A stretch of DNA of 64,000 nucleotides. It comes from Macrostomum lignano (Eukaryota). Below the pieces are notes generated by a model, which saw only the letters and a list, made by a program, of their open reading frames with translations, was not told the origin of the DNA and did not search any database. Shown here piece by piece: positions 23,171-37,000 of this stretch (positions within the stretch are counted from its first letter, which is position 1; every line of letters starts with the position of its first letter). The position numbers and the translations under genes are program-made. The stretch is from positions 905,242 through 969,241 of the forward strand of contig NIVC01000035.1 in assembly GCA_002269645.1 (NCBI GenBank). The letters are read 5' to 3'.

Positions 23171-23999
23171 CTCTCTCTCCCTTTTACTTATCTTTCCTTT
23201 TAACGTCGCCTTCCACCTCTCTTTAATCACCCTTTAATCCCTCGTCATTAGTTAAGCTTTTGATTTTTGCTGTTTCCATTGAATTATTGTACAAGCAGCT
23301 CTGCAGACTAAGAGTTGACTATAACAAAAGTACTCTAATACATTCAACTACGACGTATAATCCCACACACTCAATCAAACTGCAGAGGTTCATTTACTCA
23401 CTAGCATAGGAACACAGCCGCCCCACACACATGCAGGCATAAATTTCTCAACATCTGTTTTACAGGACACAACGCCTGTACGGCGGGTGCTACAGCTAGC
23501 TGTGTTAAATAATTAACCCAGTAGACAAATGCAACACATTACGGACGGAGCCTTGCTACATGGAGGCTGGTGGAGCTGTCAAATAATGTACAGCCAGAAC
23601 TGCACCCCGTACTCCTGTGCTAACTCACCTCTAACAGCATCAGCTCTACCCTCCAGCTAAGATATTATTGATTTTTATGTTCCCTATAGACGCAGCTGTA
23701 GCAAAAATTTTTTTTCTAGACTTTAGTCAGAGAGAAATGGCTACAGGACTAAACTGAATCGGCTGCAAGGCATTTGTCAGGGGTAATTATAAGTTTTGCA
23801 GAGTCATGGCCTATCAGATAATTGAGCTATAATTACGATGAATTCCAAAGAGTCCACAGACTGCGTGTACAGATTAATAATTATATACTGCAACTAGATG
23901 ACAGCGCATATAATGCTATAGTAACTACTTGTATTCGATGTGATTTCAAATGCAAAGCTAAAACTATTCAGGATTACTAGACTCTGAAAAACCAATCGC

Positions 24000-24460
24000 T
24001 TCTAAGAAATTGTCATTGTAAGAAACCATTTCTAAGGAGCCATTCTAAGAAACCTTCCTAAGTAGCGATTCTAAAAAACCGGTGCTACGGAGCCCTTCTA
24101 AGAAACCGGTGCCAAGGAGCCCTTCTAAGAAACCGGTGCTAAGGAGCCATTCTAAGAAACCTTCCTAAGGAGCGATTCTAAGAAACGGGTGCTAAGGGGC
24201 AATTCTAAGAAACCGTTGCTAAGGAGCCATTCTAAGAAGGAGCGATTCTAAGAAACCGGTGCTAAGGGGCCATTCTAAGAAACCGTTGCTAAGGAGCCAT
24301 TCTAAGAAACCGTTGCTAAGGAGCCATTCTAAGAAACCTTCCTAAGGAGCGATTCTAAGAAACGGGTGCTAAGGGGCAATTCTAAGAAACCGTTTCTACG
24401 GTGTCATTCTAAGAAACCGCTCTTAAAGGAAGATTCTAATAAGCCGTTGCTAAGGGGCCC
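24000..24460. repeat. Diverged approx. 27-bp minisatellite
   Basis: Recurring TTCTAAGAAACCGGTGCTAAGGAGCCA variants. Confidence 0.85.
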
Positions 24461-24614
24461 TTCGGTATTCAAGAAGCTGCTGGATGACACGGCAGCCTAA
24501 AATCCAAGCCATCTTAAAACCTATTTCGTCTTGTTAATCTACCAGTATAAAAAGATTCAGATCTAATTGCTAGAATAGAATAAGACTTTGGACACGGTGG
24601 CAGCTGGCAAATCC

Positions 24615-25702
24615 TGGGAATCATTGATGCCCCGCTTTCAAAACACAACGGTCTGACCGATTTCTCGCTCAGTGCAGAGTACCTGAGCAGAAAATGAATA
24701 AACTCAAAAAAATACTTGCGTATAAACAAAAACTTCTCTGGCTGAAATTTAGGGCGAATAACCTTAACGGTACATATACAAGACTGCATAGTATATTGAT
24801 TGTTGTTGTTAAACGAGGGTGGGAAGCTTAGCTACCCGCGGATCAGCCCTGGGAGGGGCTCTGCCGCAGAGGGCACTGCCAAGGGCACAGATAAGACTGT
24901 GTACCCGAGATACCCAGTCACCAATTTAGTTGGGCCCCAGCTTAAAGCTAGGGAAAGGGCGAGGGACTTCAAGCCTATGGTACAAGACACCGCCAACCCA
25001 AACAGTGGAATCAGGGACGGTGCTAAGACCGAGTCCACCCAGGCCACCCCCCCCCCCAGCTAGCGAGTCCTTGGGAGTGCGCAGAAAAATTGGAGAGCGA
25101 AAAGCTTTGGATATTACTAAGAAAGCGGTCCGAGTGAGGAGTTACTCCTAAACCTACGGAAATGGCTTAAACTATTGGAGCGAGTCTGGGCAGCTAATTA
25201 CCAAGAGCGATCCTATACAGCACCCGTCAACTGTAGGTCTCGAGCCTCAAGGCTTTTCACTACCCAGCTCTATTTTGGAGTGAGTCTGGAAGGCTTGTAT
25301 CCGAGGGGGAGACTCTAGGCGGATAGACAACACCTCTATTGCTGCCAACCCAAGGGCATCGCCTATCCAGCTCATTATTGGGGGCCAGGCCAAGGGGTCG
25401 GGAGAAGAGGCACCCAGGGCAAGAGGACTCCGGACTCAGCCGGTTGTCCCCGGTTCGGGACGAACATCCTTCCCAGGACACCAATCCACTGTCAGGATGA
25501 GAGCTGTGAATCCTGTGAATCATTGATGCCCCGCTTTCAAAACACAACGGTCTGACCGATTTCTCGCTCAGTGCAGAGTACCTGAGCAGAAAATGAATAA
25601 ACTCAAAAAATACTTGCGTATAAACAAAAACTTTTCTCTGGCTGAAATTTGAGGGCGAATAACCTTAACGGTACATATACAAGACTGCATAGTATATTGA
25701 TT
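24615..25702. repeat. Pair of approx. 185-bp direct repeats flanking an approx. 715-bp GC-rich segment
   Basis: 24617-24801 is near-identical to 25517-25702 (GAATCATTGATGCCCCG...GTATATTGATT). Confidence 0.9.
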
Positions 25703-25814
25703 AGTGAATTTATTATTAATGTATTTAATTTGCGGAGAATACATATACGTACATGATAGAGTGAAACTGTATAGGTCATCCGATAGCTATATCGCATGAC
25801 TCACTTTATATGAC

Positions 25815-26455
25815 GTCATGACCCTAGATCTAGTACTTGACACCAATATGACGCCAATGACCCATATGGCCTCTAATCTAATTGAGGTCATGACCCTAGA
25901 TCCAGCAATTGACACCAATATGACGCCAATGACCAATATGACCTCTAATCTAATTGAGGTCATGACCCTAGATCCAGCACTTGACACCAATATGACGCCA
26001 ATGACCCTAGATCTAGCACTTGACACCAATATGACGCCAATGATCACTATGACCTATAATCTAATTGAGGTCATGACCCTAGATCTAGCACTTGACACCA
26101 GTATGACGCCAATGACCAATATGACCTCTAATCTAATTGAGGTCATGACCCTAGATCTAGTACTTGACACCAATATGACGCCAATGACCCCAGATCCAGC
26201 ACTTGACACCAATATGACGCCAATGACCACTATGACCTCTAATCTAATTGAGGTCATGACCCTAGATCTAGTACTTGACACCAATATGACGCCAATGACC
26301 AATATGACCTCTAATCTAATCTAATTGAGGTCATGACCCTAGATCTAGCACTTGACACCAATATGACGCCAATGACCAATATGACCTCTAATCTAATTGA
26401 GGTCATGACCCTAGAACCAGCACTTGACACCAATATGACGCCAATGACCCATACG
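25815..26455. repeat. Composite approx. 69/39-bp minisatellite with an internal GACCTC...GAGGTC palindrome
   Basis: Directly visible, just 3' of SYF2. Confidence 0.9.
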
Positions 26456-26519
26456 GCCTCTAATACAGACACATAAAAGCAAAGATCAGTCAGTAACAGT
26501 CAGTCGGCCAGCAGCAACT

Positions 26520-27127
26520 TCAGATGGCGGTACCCCTCTCCAGATTCTGCTTGATCTCGGCCGTGTAATGTCCGAACGCCCGCTCCAGCTTGCGATTGTA
26601 GCGCATATTCTGGTCGTTAATGTAATCCACATCGGCGTCCTCGTCGAAGGCGCGCCTGCGCGAGTATTTCTTGCGCTTTTCAACCTGCTGCTTCACATCC
26701 TGAGACATGCGCTCCACGGCCTGAGGATCGTCTTTGCGATCGGCTACGCCCAGAGTAGACGAAGTGGGATAAAAGCGATCCTCGCCCATGCGAGCTTTCT
26801 CCTCGGCGTAGGCCCGCATGTCCGGCTTGAGCTGCCGGCACAGGGTCTGGTACTTGCGGCTGCTGGCCGCCTCGAAGGTGGCGAAGCCGGTGTCCGGGTT
26901 GGCCTTGCGGCGTCGGCGCGTGTCCAGCTTGTCCGCCGTCTCGGCGCCGACCTCCAAGAGGCGCATCCGGCGATGGTCATGGCCTTTGGACTCGCAGTCC
27001 TGGAATTGGCGATGGGAATAGTTGGCTCTTTGAGTTCCTACTGTACTGTGAGAGGCTGTCTTGTAGGGTCAAATAAGCCTTAAACTGTCTATCTATCCAT
27101 CTGTCTGTCTATCTATCTATCCATCTG

Positions 27128-27160
<33 letters not shown>

Positions 27161-27165
27161 TTATC

Positions 27166-27213
<48 letters not shown>

Positions 27214-30017
27214 CATCTTTCTATCTATCTAACTATATATCTACAGTATCTAGCTATCCATCTGTCTATTTATTTATCAATATATAGATTAATCTATCCA
27301 TTTGTAAGGGTGTACAGCGACCCCTGCCTTTCCAATCGTCTGGCATGTACAGTCTCAGTGCCTTGGGGGTTGGCCCTCAGGGTTGAATCGCACGATAACC
27401 CCCTGGGCCAAGAATCGAACCAAAAGGTCGAGAATCAGACGCTTTCACCGCTGAACTGCTCCATGACCGCACAGATACGATACATTCGAAAAAAATCTAC
27501 ATACATTAATGTGTACCAAGCGCTTAAACAGAACTGATGCAAACTGATAAAAAAGTGCTCCGTGGAGGAGGAGTGTAAGCGAAGAAGCGACAATCAGTTT
27601 ATCAAGTAATGCTGGCAGCTCGCCACAAGCTCAATATGAAATACATAAATGCATTTCCGCGACTGCTGACGACAACATGACGAAAAGAGAGACCGAAGTG
27701 CAGAGCTCTAACGAGGCCAGCCCAAGCATACTCTAATTTGAAAAATCGAAAAGCCCTTTATTGCTTAGCAACTATAATATATGCTTCGACATTATTCAAT
27801 ATAAGTATGAATATAATAATGAAAGTAATGTTGAAATAAGCGTTAAGGTTTCTAAATAAATTCATCACTATACTAAAAATCAAGCCCTCAGCTCTCTCTG
27901 TACAAGACATCCAGAAGCTATTGACATCCTTCAATAGGCGGCTCCTTCTTAGTAAATTTCATGGCTATTGTTGAATATCTCGACAGTCCGGTATTTAAGT
28001 ATTAGTAAGTATTTACTCTACTTAAAGTAGCTGATCCCAAATGTTATTTACTCTACTTAAAGTAGCTGATCCCAAATGTTATTTACTCTACTTAAAGTAG
28101 CTGATCCCAAATGTTATTTACTCTACTTAAAGTAGCTGATCCCAAATGTTATTTACTCTACTTAAAGTAGCTGATCCCAAATGTTATTTACTCTACTTAA
28201 AGTAGCTGATCCCAAATGTTATTTACTCTACTTAAAGTAGCTGATCCCAAATGTTATTGACTCTACTTAAAGTAGCTGATCCCAAATGTTATTGACTCTA
28301 CTTAAAGTAGCTGATCCCAAATGTTATTTACTCTACTTAAAGTAGCTGATCCCAAATGTTATTTACTCTACTTAAAGTAGCTGATCCCAAATGTTATCTA
28401 CTCTACTTAAAGTAGCTGATCCCAAATGTTATTGATTCTACTTAAAGCAGCTGATCCCAAATGTTATCTACTCTACTTAAAGTAGCTGATCCCAAATGTT
28501 ATTGACTCTACTTAAAGTAGCTGATCCCAAATGTTATTGACTCTACTTAAAGTAGCTGATCCCAAATGTTATTGACTCTACTTAAAGTAGCTGATCCCAA
28601 ATGTTATTGATTCTACTTAAAGCAGCTGATCCCAAATGTTATCTACTCTACTTAAAGTAGCTGATCCCAAATGTTATTGACTCTACTTAAAGTAGCTGAT
28701 CCCAAATGTTATCTACTCTACTTAAAGTAGCTGATCCCAAATGTTATTGACTCTACTTAAAGTAGCTGATCCCAAATGTTATTGATTATACTTAAAGTAG
28801 CTGATCCCAAATGTTATTGACTCTACTTAAAGTAGCTGATCCCAAATGTTATTGACTCTACTTAAAGTAGCTGATCCCAAATGTTATTGACTCTACTTAA
28901 AGTAGCTGATCCCAAATGTTATTGACTCTACTTAAAGTAGCTGATCCCAAATGTTATTGATTCTACTTAAAGCAGCTGATCCCAAATGTTATCTACTCTA
29001 CTTAAAGTAGCTGATCCCAAATGTTATTGACTCTACTTAAAGTAGCTGATCCCAAATGTTATCTACTCTACTTAAAGTAGCTGATCCCAAATGTTATCTA
29101 CTCTACTTAAAGTAGCTGATCCCAAATGTTATCTACTCTACTTAAAGTAGCTGATCCCAAATGTTATCTACTCTACTTAAAGTAGCTGATCCCAAATGTT
29201 ATCTACTCTACTTAAAGTAGCTGATCCCAAATGTTATCTACTCTACTTAAAGTAGCTGATCCCAAATGTTATTGACTCTACTTAAAGCAGCTGATCCCAA
29301 ATGTTATTGACTCTACTTAAAGTAGCTGATCCCAAATGTTATCTACTCTACTTAAAGTAGCTGATCCCAAATGTTATCTACTCTACTTAAAGTAGCTGAT
29401 CCCAAATGTTATCTACTCTACTGAAACTAGCTAATCCCAACTCAGCAAAGCAGATCAATAGGACAAACCTGTTTAAACTGGTCGTCTTTTTCTTCCCATT
29501 CAAGTCGACGCCTTTTGTGCTCCCAGTTGGTCGGCAGGGCTCTGCGCTTGTCCTCCGCCACCACCTCCTGGTGGTTTTGCTTGCAGGCGTCTTGCTGAAT
29601 AAGCATGGTGAGGGAGTTTTTGAAATGAAAATATTAGTTTGCGAAATTTTTACAAGTCCAAGCTAAAAAAATACCACTTGAAGATTAGAGATACTCAGAT
29701 ACAGTCTGAAGGTTTGGGAACACACAGTCTGAAGGTTTGGGAACACACAGTCTGAAGGTTACACACAGGGAACACACAGTCTGAAGGTTCGGGAACACAC
29801 AGCCTGAAGGTTTGGAAACACAGCCTGAAGTTTTAGGAACACACTCCTGAAGGTTCGGGAACAGACTATGTGAACAGTAGCAGTGAATTACTAATAAAAC
29901 ATATAATAAACAATAATAATTAGACCAGCTCACCCTCTTAGCCGTCAGCTCCCGCAGCTTCTTCAATTTGTCCTCTTTCGACATTGCGGACGTCGAGGTG
30001 GACGCCGGTTGAAACAT
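26520..30017 (-). CDS. SYF2: Pre-mRNA splicing factor SYF2, 3 exons (30017-29934, 29594-29469, 26999-26520), 229 aa
   Basis: GT-AG phase-0 introns. Joined protein contains NHQEVVAEDKRRALPTNWE..RLEWE, KANPDTGF, KKYSRRR.FDEDADVDYIN..N..YN.KLER.FG.YTAEIKQNLERGTAI. Confidence 0.95.
27310..27472 (-). mobile_element. tRNA-derived SINE-like fragment (family A) in SYF2 intron 2
   Basis: B-box-like GGTTCGATTC on the minus strand; body GGCCAACCCCCAAGGCAC...TGTACATGCC..ACGAT shared with 52190-52375. Confidence 0.55.
28005..29420. repeat. 35-bp minisatellite, about 40 copies, in SYF2 intron 2
   Basis: Unit CTGATCCCAAATGTTATTTACTCTACTTAAAGTAG. Confidence 0.95.
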
Positions 30018-30714
30018 GATTGTGTCGGCAAAATATTTCAACTTTAAAGTTTACTTGCATGCATTATTTTTGAAAAATAGAGAAGTTTAAATTTAAATAT
30101 TGTAAGTAATTAGATTTTAACAAAAGCTGTCAACATCTAGGCTTTCTTAGAAAGAAAAGACTCAAGACTATTGTAAAATTATGTAGCGAAAAACTGATAT
30201 ATTTACTGAAACATTGTTTACCAACAGTAGTTAAAGCAAACATTAACTATTTCGTTACTATATTATTAAAACAAAAAATTTAATAGATTATTTTTCAAAA
30301 CTGAAAGCCGAACCTACAAGGCTGTATATTGCTAAAAGCATTGCTAAAACCGTTTACCTAAATAAAAAATCTAAAGAAAATCTAGACCACCAACAACATA
30401 TTATTAACAATTATTGAGTAATGAACTCATTTTAACAGTGAATAATGAGAAAACAAAATCAAGTTTTTGAAAAATTTAAAGCTGTACTCGAAGAAGTAAT
30501 ACTAATCAAGCTGTCTGCAGGTGCCCTTGCTAAAGCTTTGTTGCAATAGCAAAGATTATCAAAAACTTCAAAACAAGAGACTTCCTTAGTTGAGAATTAC
30601 AAAGGTGCAAAATTCGTTTGTTTGTTTGTTGCCTGCGAAAGATAACAGGAAAAAGTAAAACGACAATATTAAAGAAATAGTTAATGTTATTTCTATCAAT
30701 CATTCACGTAATCA

Positions 30715-31155
30715 ACCTGTCAATCAATTAACTAATCTACCTGTCAATCAATAACCTAATCTACCTGTCAATCAATAACCTAATCTACTTGTAAATCAAT
30801 TACCTAATCGACGTAAATCAATCACGGAATCCACCTGTCAATCAATCACCTAATCCAACTGTCAATCAATCACACAATACACCTGTCAATCAATCATCTA
30901 ATCTACCTGTCAATCAATCCCACAATCCAACTGTCAACTAATCACCTAATCTACCTGTCAATTAATCACCAAATCTATCTGTCAATCAATCAGCTAATCT
31001 ACCTGTCGATCAATCACCTAATTTAACTGTCAATCAATCACCTAATCTACCTGTCAATCAATCCCACAATCCAAATTTCAACTAATCACCCAATCTACCT
31101 GTCAATCAATCACCTAATCAGCCTGTCAATCAATCACCTAATCTATCTGTCAATC
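30715..31155. repeat. Diverged 24-bp minisatellite
   Basis: CAATCAATCACCTAATCTACCTGT variants between FAXDC2 and SYF2. Confidence 0.85.
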
Positions 31156-31211
31156 AGTTGATCAGCCGTTACTTGAACTGAATCTGAATAACATAATAAT
31201 GAGTATTTCTT

Positions 31212-32971
31212 TCAATCTTCTCCACCGGAAGAATCTTCGAGTCCGGCTTTCCCAGCATCCGTTTCGTTCAGCTTCTCCTTCTTCATCGCCTTGTCCCCGT
31301 CGGGATACAGTTCCCTCACAGGCACCAGACTAAGCAGCAGGAAGTGCCGCTGATAGGCTCGGCTAGACCGGAACAGCCGATCCGTGCCGTGCAGACTGTC
31401 CAAAATGCCCAGCACACCGAAATTGTTAACAAATTTTAGATGATGAAAGTCGTGCGCCTCAGGCGACGGCAGCAGAGGGAAGTGATAGCCGCAGTGAGAG
31501 ATAGAGGTCGATACTAAGGCTAGGCAGAACCAGAGCCAGATGGTGCCCAGATGCGAGCCCATGATCAGAGGTCCCATGCACGGTGGCAGTAGGTTGGATA
31601 GCACGTGCTCAATTGGGTGAGCGTACAACGAGATTATGCCGATCGGAGCCGTCCATTCGTGGTGGATCTTGTGCACGTAGCTGGTGTTTTTATTGGGTGT
31701 TTGGTTGACAGGTAGGAGAGGTATATAGTTCGTAAGCCGGTAATTTGTTCTGGCAACTTGATAATAAAGTTGACAGATAATGTACGTTTAGGTTAGGCTA
31801 AGCGATGTAGCCAAAGCTTGACTAGACAATGTACATTCAAGCTTGACTAGTCAATGTACATTAAAGCTTGACTAGTCAATGTATATTTAAGCTTGACTAG
31901 CCAATGTACATTCAAGCTTGACTAGCCAATGTAAATTTAAGCTTGACTAGCCAATGTAAATTTAAGCTTGACTAGTCAATGCACATTGAAGCTTGACTAG
32001 CCAATGTACATTCAAGCTTGACTAGCCAATGTACATTCAAGCTTGACTAGTCAATGCACATTGAAGCTTGACTAGCCAATGTACATTCAAGCTTGACTAG
32101 CCAATGTACATTCAAGCTTGACTAGCCAATGTACATTCAAGCTTGACTAGTCAATGCACATTGAAGCTTGACTAGCCAATGTACATTCAAGCTTGACTAG
32201 CCAATGTACATTCAAGCTTGACTAGTCAATGTACATTTAAGATTGACTAGCCAATGTACATTCAAGCTTGACTAGCCAATGTACATTTAAGCTTGTCTAG
32301 CTCAAAGAACTCAAAGAAGCTACTTACTTGAATACATTTAAATACAATTGGCGACAATATATAAGAGAAAAATCTCACCGATAAATTCTAGGATGATGCA
32401 GCATCCGATGCGAATAATAAAAGAACACCTCCTCGGTCAGAGAGAACACGGCAATCTCCAAGATAACCCATTGAAACGTTGGCAATTCGCCGCTAAATGC
32501 GACACCCCGCCAACTGTACAGAGCAAACATTAGCAGCATAAACGGAGGGGCTACAACAAACTCGTTGAAGAGAACAGTGGCTACAGCTTTAGCCAGCATT
32601 CGCTTATCAATCGGGGCGTTCTTATCCGGTTGGACTTTGTACTTCAATAGAAATTTCGGCCAATTAAAAACGTCCAGAAGCATGAGGAACAGATTGAAGG
32701 CCCAGTAGACCACGCCAGTGATGGCTAAAGTCCCGAACAGCCAGGCGCAACGATCGTCGGATCCGAACGCTGCGTAGGTCCAATCGAATGCCTGTTGCCA
32801 ATAGTTACCGGACGCGCCCCAGAAGCGCTGCAACAAATCCGTGGCGGTGTTCCTAGCGGCCACGAATACGATTAGAGAGGTGCCAAGTACGAAGGCCGTC
32901 TTCTTGGCCGAGTCTATCCATTGGCGTCGCGGCGGTACCATAGCAACGGCTTTTTGACGAGCGGTTTCCAT
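31212..32971 (-). CDS. FAXDC2: Fatty acid hydroxylase/sterol desaturase family protein, 2 exons (32971-32378, 31680-31212)
   Basis: His boxes FYYSHRMLHHP, YVHKIHHEWTAP, SHCGYHFPLLPSPEAHDFHH. Phase-2 GT-AG intron (cg|c = Arg). N-terminus (AFVLGTSLIVFVAARNT) is FAXDC2-like. Confidence 0.9.
31815..32300. repeat. 25-bp minisatellite in the FAXDC2 intron
   Basis: Unit AAGCTTGACTAGCCAATGTACATTC. Confidence 0.92.
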
Positions 32972-34048
32972 GGCAAGATAGATGTGAGCATGCAGCAATT
33001 ACATAAGCATAAGAGTTAACGATTAATTAAATATATCATTTTCAGGAATAGTCATAATGGCTAATGACTCAATTGGAGTGGTCATAATAGCGAATGACTG
33101 AATTGGAGTGGTCATAATGGCGAATGACTCGATTGGAAAGGTCATAATGGCGAATGACTCGATTGGAGAGGTCATAATGGCGAGGGACTGAATTGGAATA
33201 GTTGTAATGGTGAATGAATGAATTGGAGAGGTCTTAATGGTGAATGAATGAATTGGAGAGGTCTTAATGTTGAATGAATGAATTGGAAGGGTTACTTTTG
33301 AACTAGTGAAAGTAATTCTGTACCATCGTAAATTGCAGCTTGTACTTTTATTTCTAGTTGCAAGTTACAAGTAAAATAAATTACAGGAATTTAAATGGTT
33401 AATATAAACATTCAATGAATGCACAGCATCTGGAAAATACATCATGTACATCAGCAAAAATATGTGCGTATTAAGTTTTATGCTACACACATGTAAATAA
33501 CAACAATTAAAAAATTTAAATTGTAAAAGAACTACAAAGTAAGCAAAGACAACAGTATAACTATCATTGGACGGAATGGCAGAAAACTTATAAACGTTAA
33601 CTTTATTCGTAGAAATTTAAATCGTAAAGAGTGATGATAAACCAAGGCAACGAAAGGTAAAAAAATTAAGGCTAAACCAAAGATCATATATAAGACCTAT
33701 TGGCTAAGCAATGCATTGACACGTTAGCTGAATGAACTCGCTAGTTTGAACCAAAGATTCATTCAAAAGCTATTTTTAATCCTAGAACACGTCACGCCGA
33801 ATCTCAAGGTGAGAAAAGTGACGAATCTCAAGGTGGATAAGTAACGAATCTCAATGTGAGATAAGTGACGAATCTCAAGGTGAGATAAGTGACGAATCTC
33901 AGGATGAGATAAGTGACGAATCTCAGGATGAGATAAGTGACGAATCTCAGGGTAGATAATAAGCAACGAGATGAAAATCAAAAGTAGACCTTTAACTTCC
34001 AAGGACGAGAATAAAGACACCAATTCACACAAGCATCGGCGCCAATCG

Positions 34049-37000
34049 TCAAGACAGGCCCCTACGCCAGGACGGCACAGCTCGATGCGGCATGGACGCC
34101 GCCCCGGCCACCGGCCGTCCACCAGCCGCCGCCGCCGATCGCTGATCATCAGCCGCGGCCGCCATTCGCTCCCGACAGACTGCCGTGGGCTGCATCAGCC
34201 GGTTCGGGTCGCGAACTGCCCGAACCTCAACGGCGGCTTTCAACGAAGCCAGCCGACGCTGGCGTTCCTCCTCCTGCTCAGCCTGCTGCTGCCGTCGGGC
34301 CAGACGTTCGTCAACAATCTGACGATTTCGGTCGGCCAGCCGGCCGGCGTCCGCTTCGGTTTGAATTCGACGACGGGCGCGCTCTTCAGCCTCCCGTCTG
34401 GCCTCCTGTTCGGCGGCTTCGGCGCGCTCCGCCTCGCGTCTGGCGCGGAACTCGTCGGCTTGACGGCGAAGCTCAGCCTGGCGGTCGGAGTGGCGGTTCG
34501 ATCAGCACTTTCTCAACGATGCCATTCCAGCACATAGAGTGTACAAACCTACTGACATTGAGAAAGTTGGAACTGCTATACATCCTGACTGAGCGTATTC
34601 ACTGACTCAATTGCTCATTCACTGACTCAATTGCTCATTCACTGACTCAATTGCTCATTCACTGACTCAATTGCTCATTCACTTGCTTAATTGCTCATTC
34701 ACTGACTTAATTGCTCATTCACTGACTCAATTGCTCACTCACTGACTCAATTGCTCATTCACTAACTCAATTGCTCACTCACTGACTCAATTGCTCATTC
34801 AGTGACTCAATTGCTCATTCACTGACTCAATTGCTCACTCACTGACTCAATTGCTCATTCACTGACTCAACTGCTCATTCACTGACTCAATTGCTCACTC
34901 ACTGACTTAATTGCTCATTCACTGACTCAATTGCTCATTCACTGACTCAATTGCTCACTCACTGACTCAACTGCTCATTCACTGACTCAATTGCTCATTC
35001 ACTAACTCAATTGCTCACTCACTGACTCAATTGCTCATTCAGTGACTCAATTGCTCATTCACTGACTCAATTGCTCACTCACTGACTTAATTGCTCATTC
35101 ACTGACTCAATTGCTCATTCACTGACTCAATTGCTCACTCACTGACTCAACTGCTCATTCACTGACTCAACTGCTCATTCACTGACTCAATTGCTCACTC
35201 ACTGACTTAATTGCTCATTCACTGACTCAACTGCTCATTCACTGACTCAATTGCTCATTCACTAACTCAATTGCTCACTCACTGACTCAATTGCTCATTC
35301 AGTGACTCAATTGCTCATTCACTGACTCAATTGCTCACTCACTGACTCAATTGCTCATTCACTGACTCAACTGCTCATTCACTGACTCAATTGCTCACTC
35401 ACTGACTTAATTGCTCATTCACTGACTCAATTGCTCATTCACTGACTCAATTGCTCACTCACTGACTCAACTGCTCATTCACTTACTCAATTGCTCATTC
35501 ACTAACTCAATTGCTCACTCACTGACTCAACTGCTCATTCACTTACTCAATTGCTCATTCACTAACTCAATTGCTCACTCACTGACTTAATTGCTCATTC
35601 ACTGACTCAATTGCTCATTCACTGACTCAATTATGATATTCAGTGAATCACAAAAAGCAGTCCTCACCTGCTTCTGCCGTTCAGCCTCTGCTTTCCGCGC
35701 CGCCGCCTCAGCCTGCTTCTTTCGGCGCTCTTCGGCCTCGCGCTTCTCTTTGGCGGATTTCTCCGCTCTCCAGGCGCCCAACTCGGAGGCGCGCTCGCGT
35801 CTCTCAGCTTCGGCGCGTTGGCGCAGTCGTTCGGCACGACGCCGCTCGGCTTCCTCGTCGCTGTCGATTGCGGCGTCAGCCTCAGCCGCGTCGACAGCAG
35901 CGGCAGCGGCAGCGTCGGCTTTCTGTTGGCGCCATCTAGCGATGGCCGACTTCTTCTGCCGTAGCAACCGATTGTACTCGGTGTACCACTGCTCATGCTC
36001 GCGTACCTGAGAGCAGGCCAAAACCAATTATTTGACGTACTCACTACTTGATTTTTTTGTTTAGTAGTATGCTTGAATTGATTCTTCCTTCCCTGACATC
36101 TCAGATCCTTCCCTGACATCTCAGATCCTTCCCTGACATCTCAGATCACTCACTGACATCTCAGATTCCTCCCTGACATCTCAGATCCTTCCCTGTTATC
36201 TCAGATCCCTCACTGACATCTCAGATCCTTCCCTGACATCTCAAATCCTTCCATGACATCTCAGATCCTTCCCTGACATCTCAGATCCTTCCCTGTTATC
36301 TCAGATCCCTCACTGACATCTCCGATCTCTCACTGAAATCTCCGATCTCTCACTGACATCTCAGATCCTTCCCTGACATCTCAAATCCTTCCATGACATC
36401 TCAGATCCTTCCCTGACATCTCAGATCCCTCACTGACATCTCAGATTCCTCCCTGACATCTCAGATCCTTCCCTGTTATCTCAGATCCCTCACTGACATC
36501 TCCGATCTCTCACTGAAATCTCCGATCTCTCACTGACATCTCAGATCCTTCCCTGACATCTCAGATCCTTCCCTGACATCTCAGATCCTTCCCTGACATC
36601 TCAGATCCTTCCCTGTTATCTCAGATCCCTCACTGACATCTCCGATCTCTCACTGACATCTCAGATCATTCCCTGACATCTCAGATCACTCACTGACATC
36701 TCAGATCATTCCCTGACATCTCAGATCACTCACTGACATTTCAGATCCCTAACTGATATCTCAGATCCCTCACTGACATCTCAGATCCCTCACTGACATC
36801 TCAGATCCCTAACTGACATCTCAGATCCCTCACTGACATCTCAGATCCCTAACTGACATTTCAGATCCCTCACTGACATCTTAGATCCCTCACTGACATA
36901 TCAGATCTCCCAATGTCTTCCCTAGCCACAGACCTGCTGCGCCGTCTTAGTAGGCAGGCTGGAAAGAGCTTCATCAACAAGGCTGCCGCTCCTGGCGCTG

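Noticed and set aside
24615-25702. Hammerhead ribozyme / retrozyme or classical LTR element
   Set aside because: No CUGANGA...GAAA core on either strand; no TG..CA ends, PBS or PPT. Kept only as an unexplained structure.
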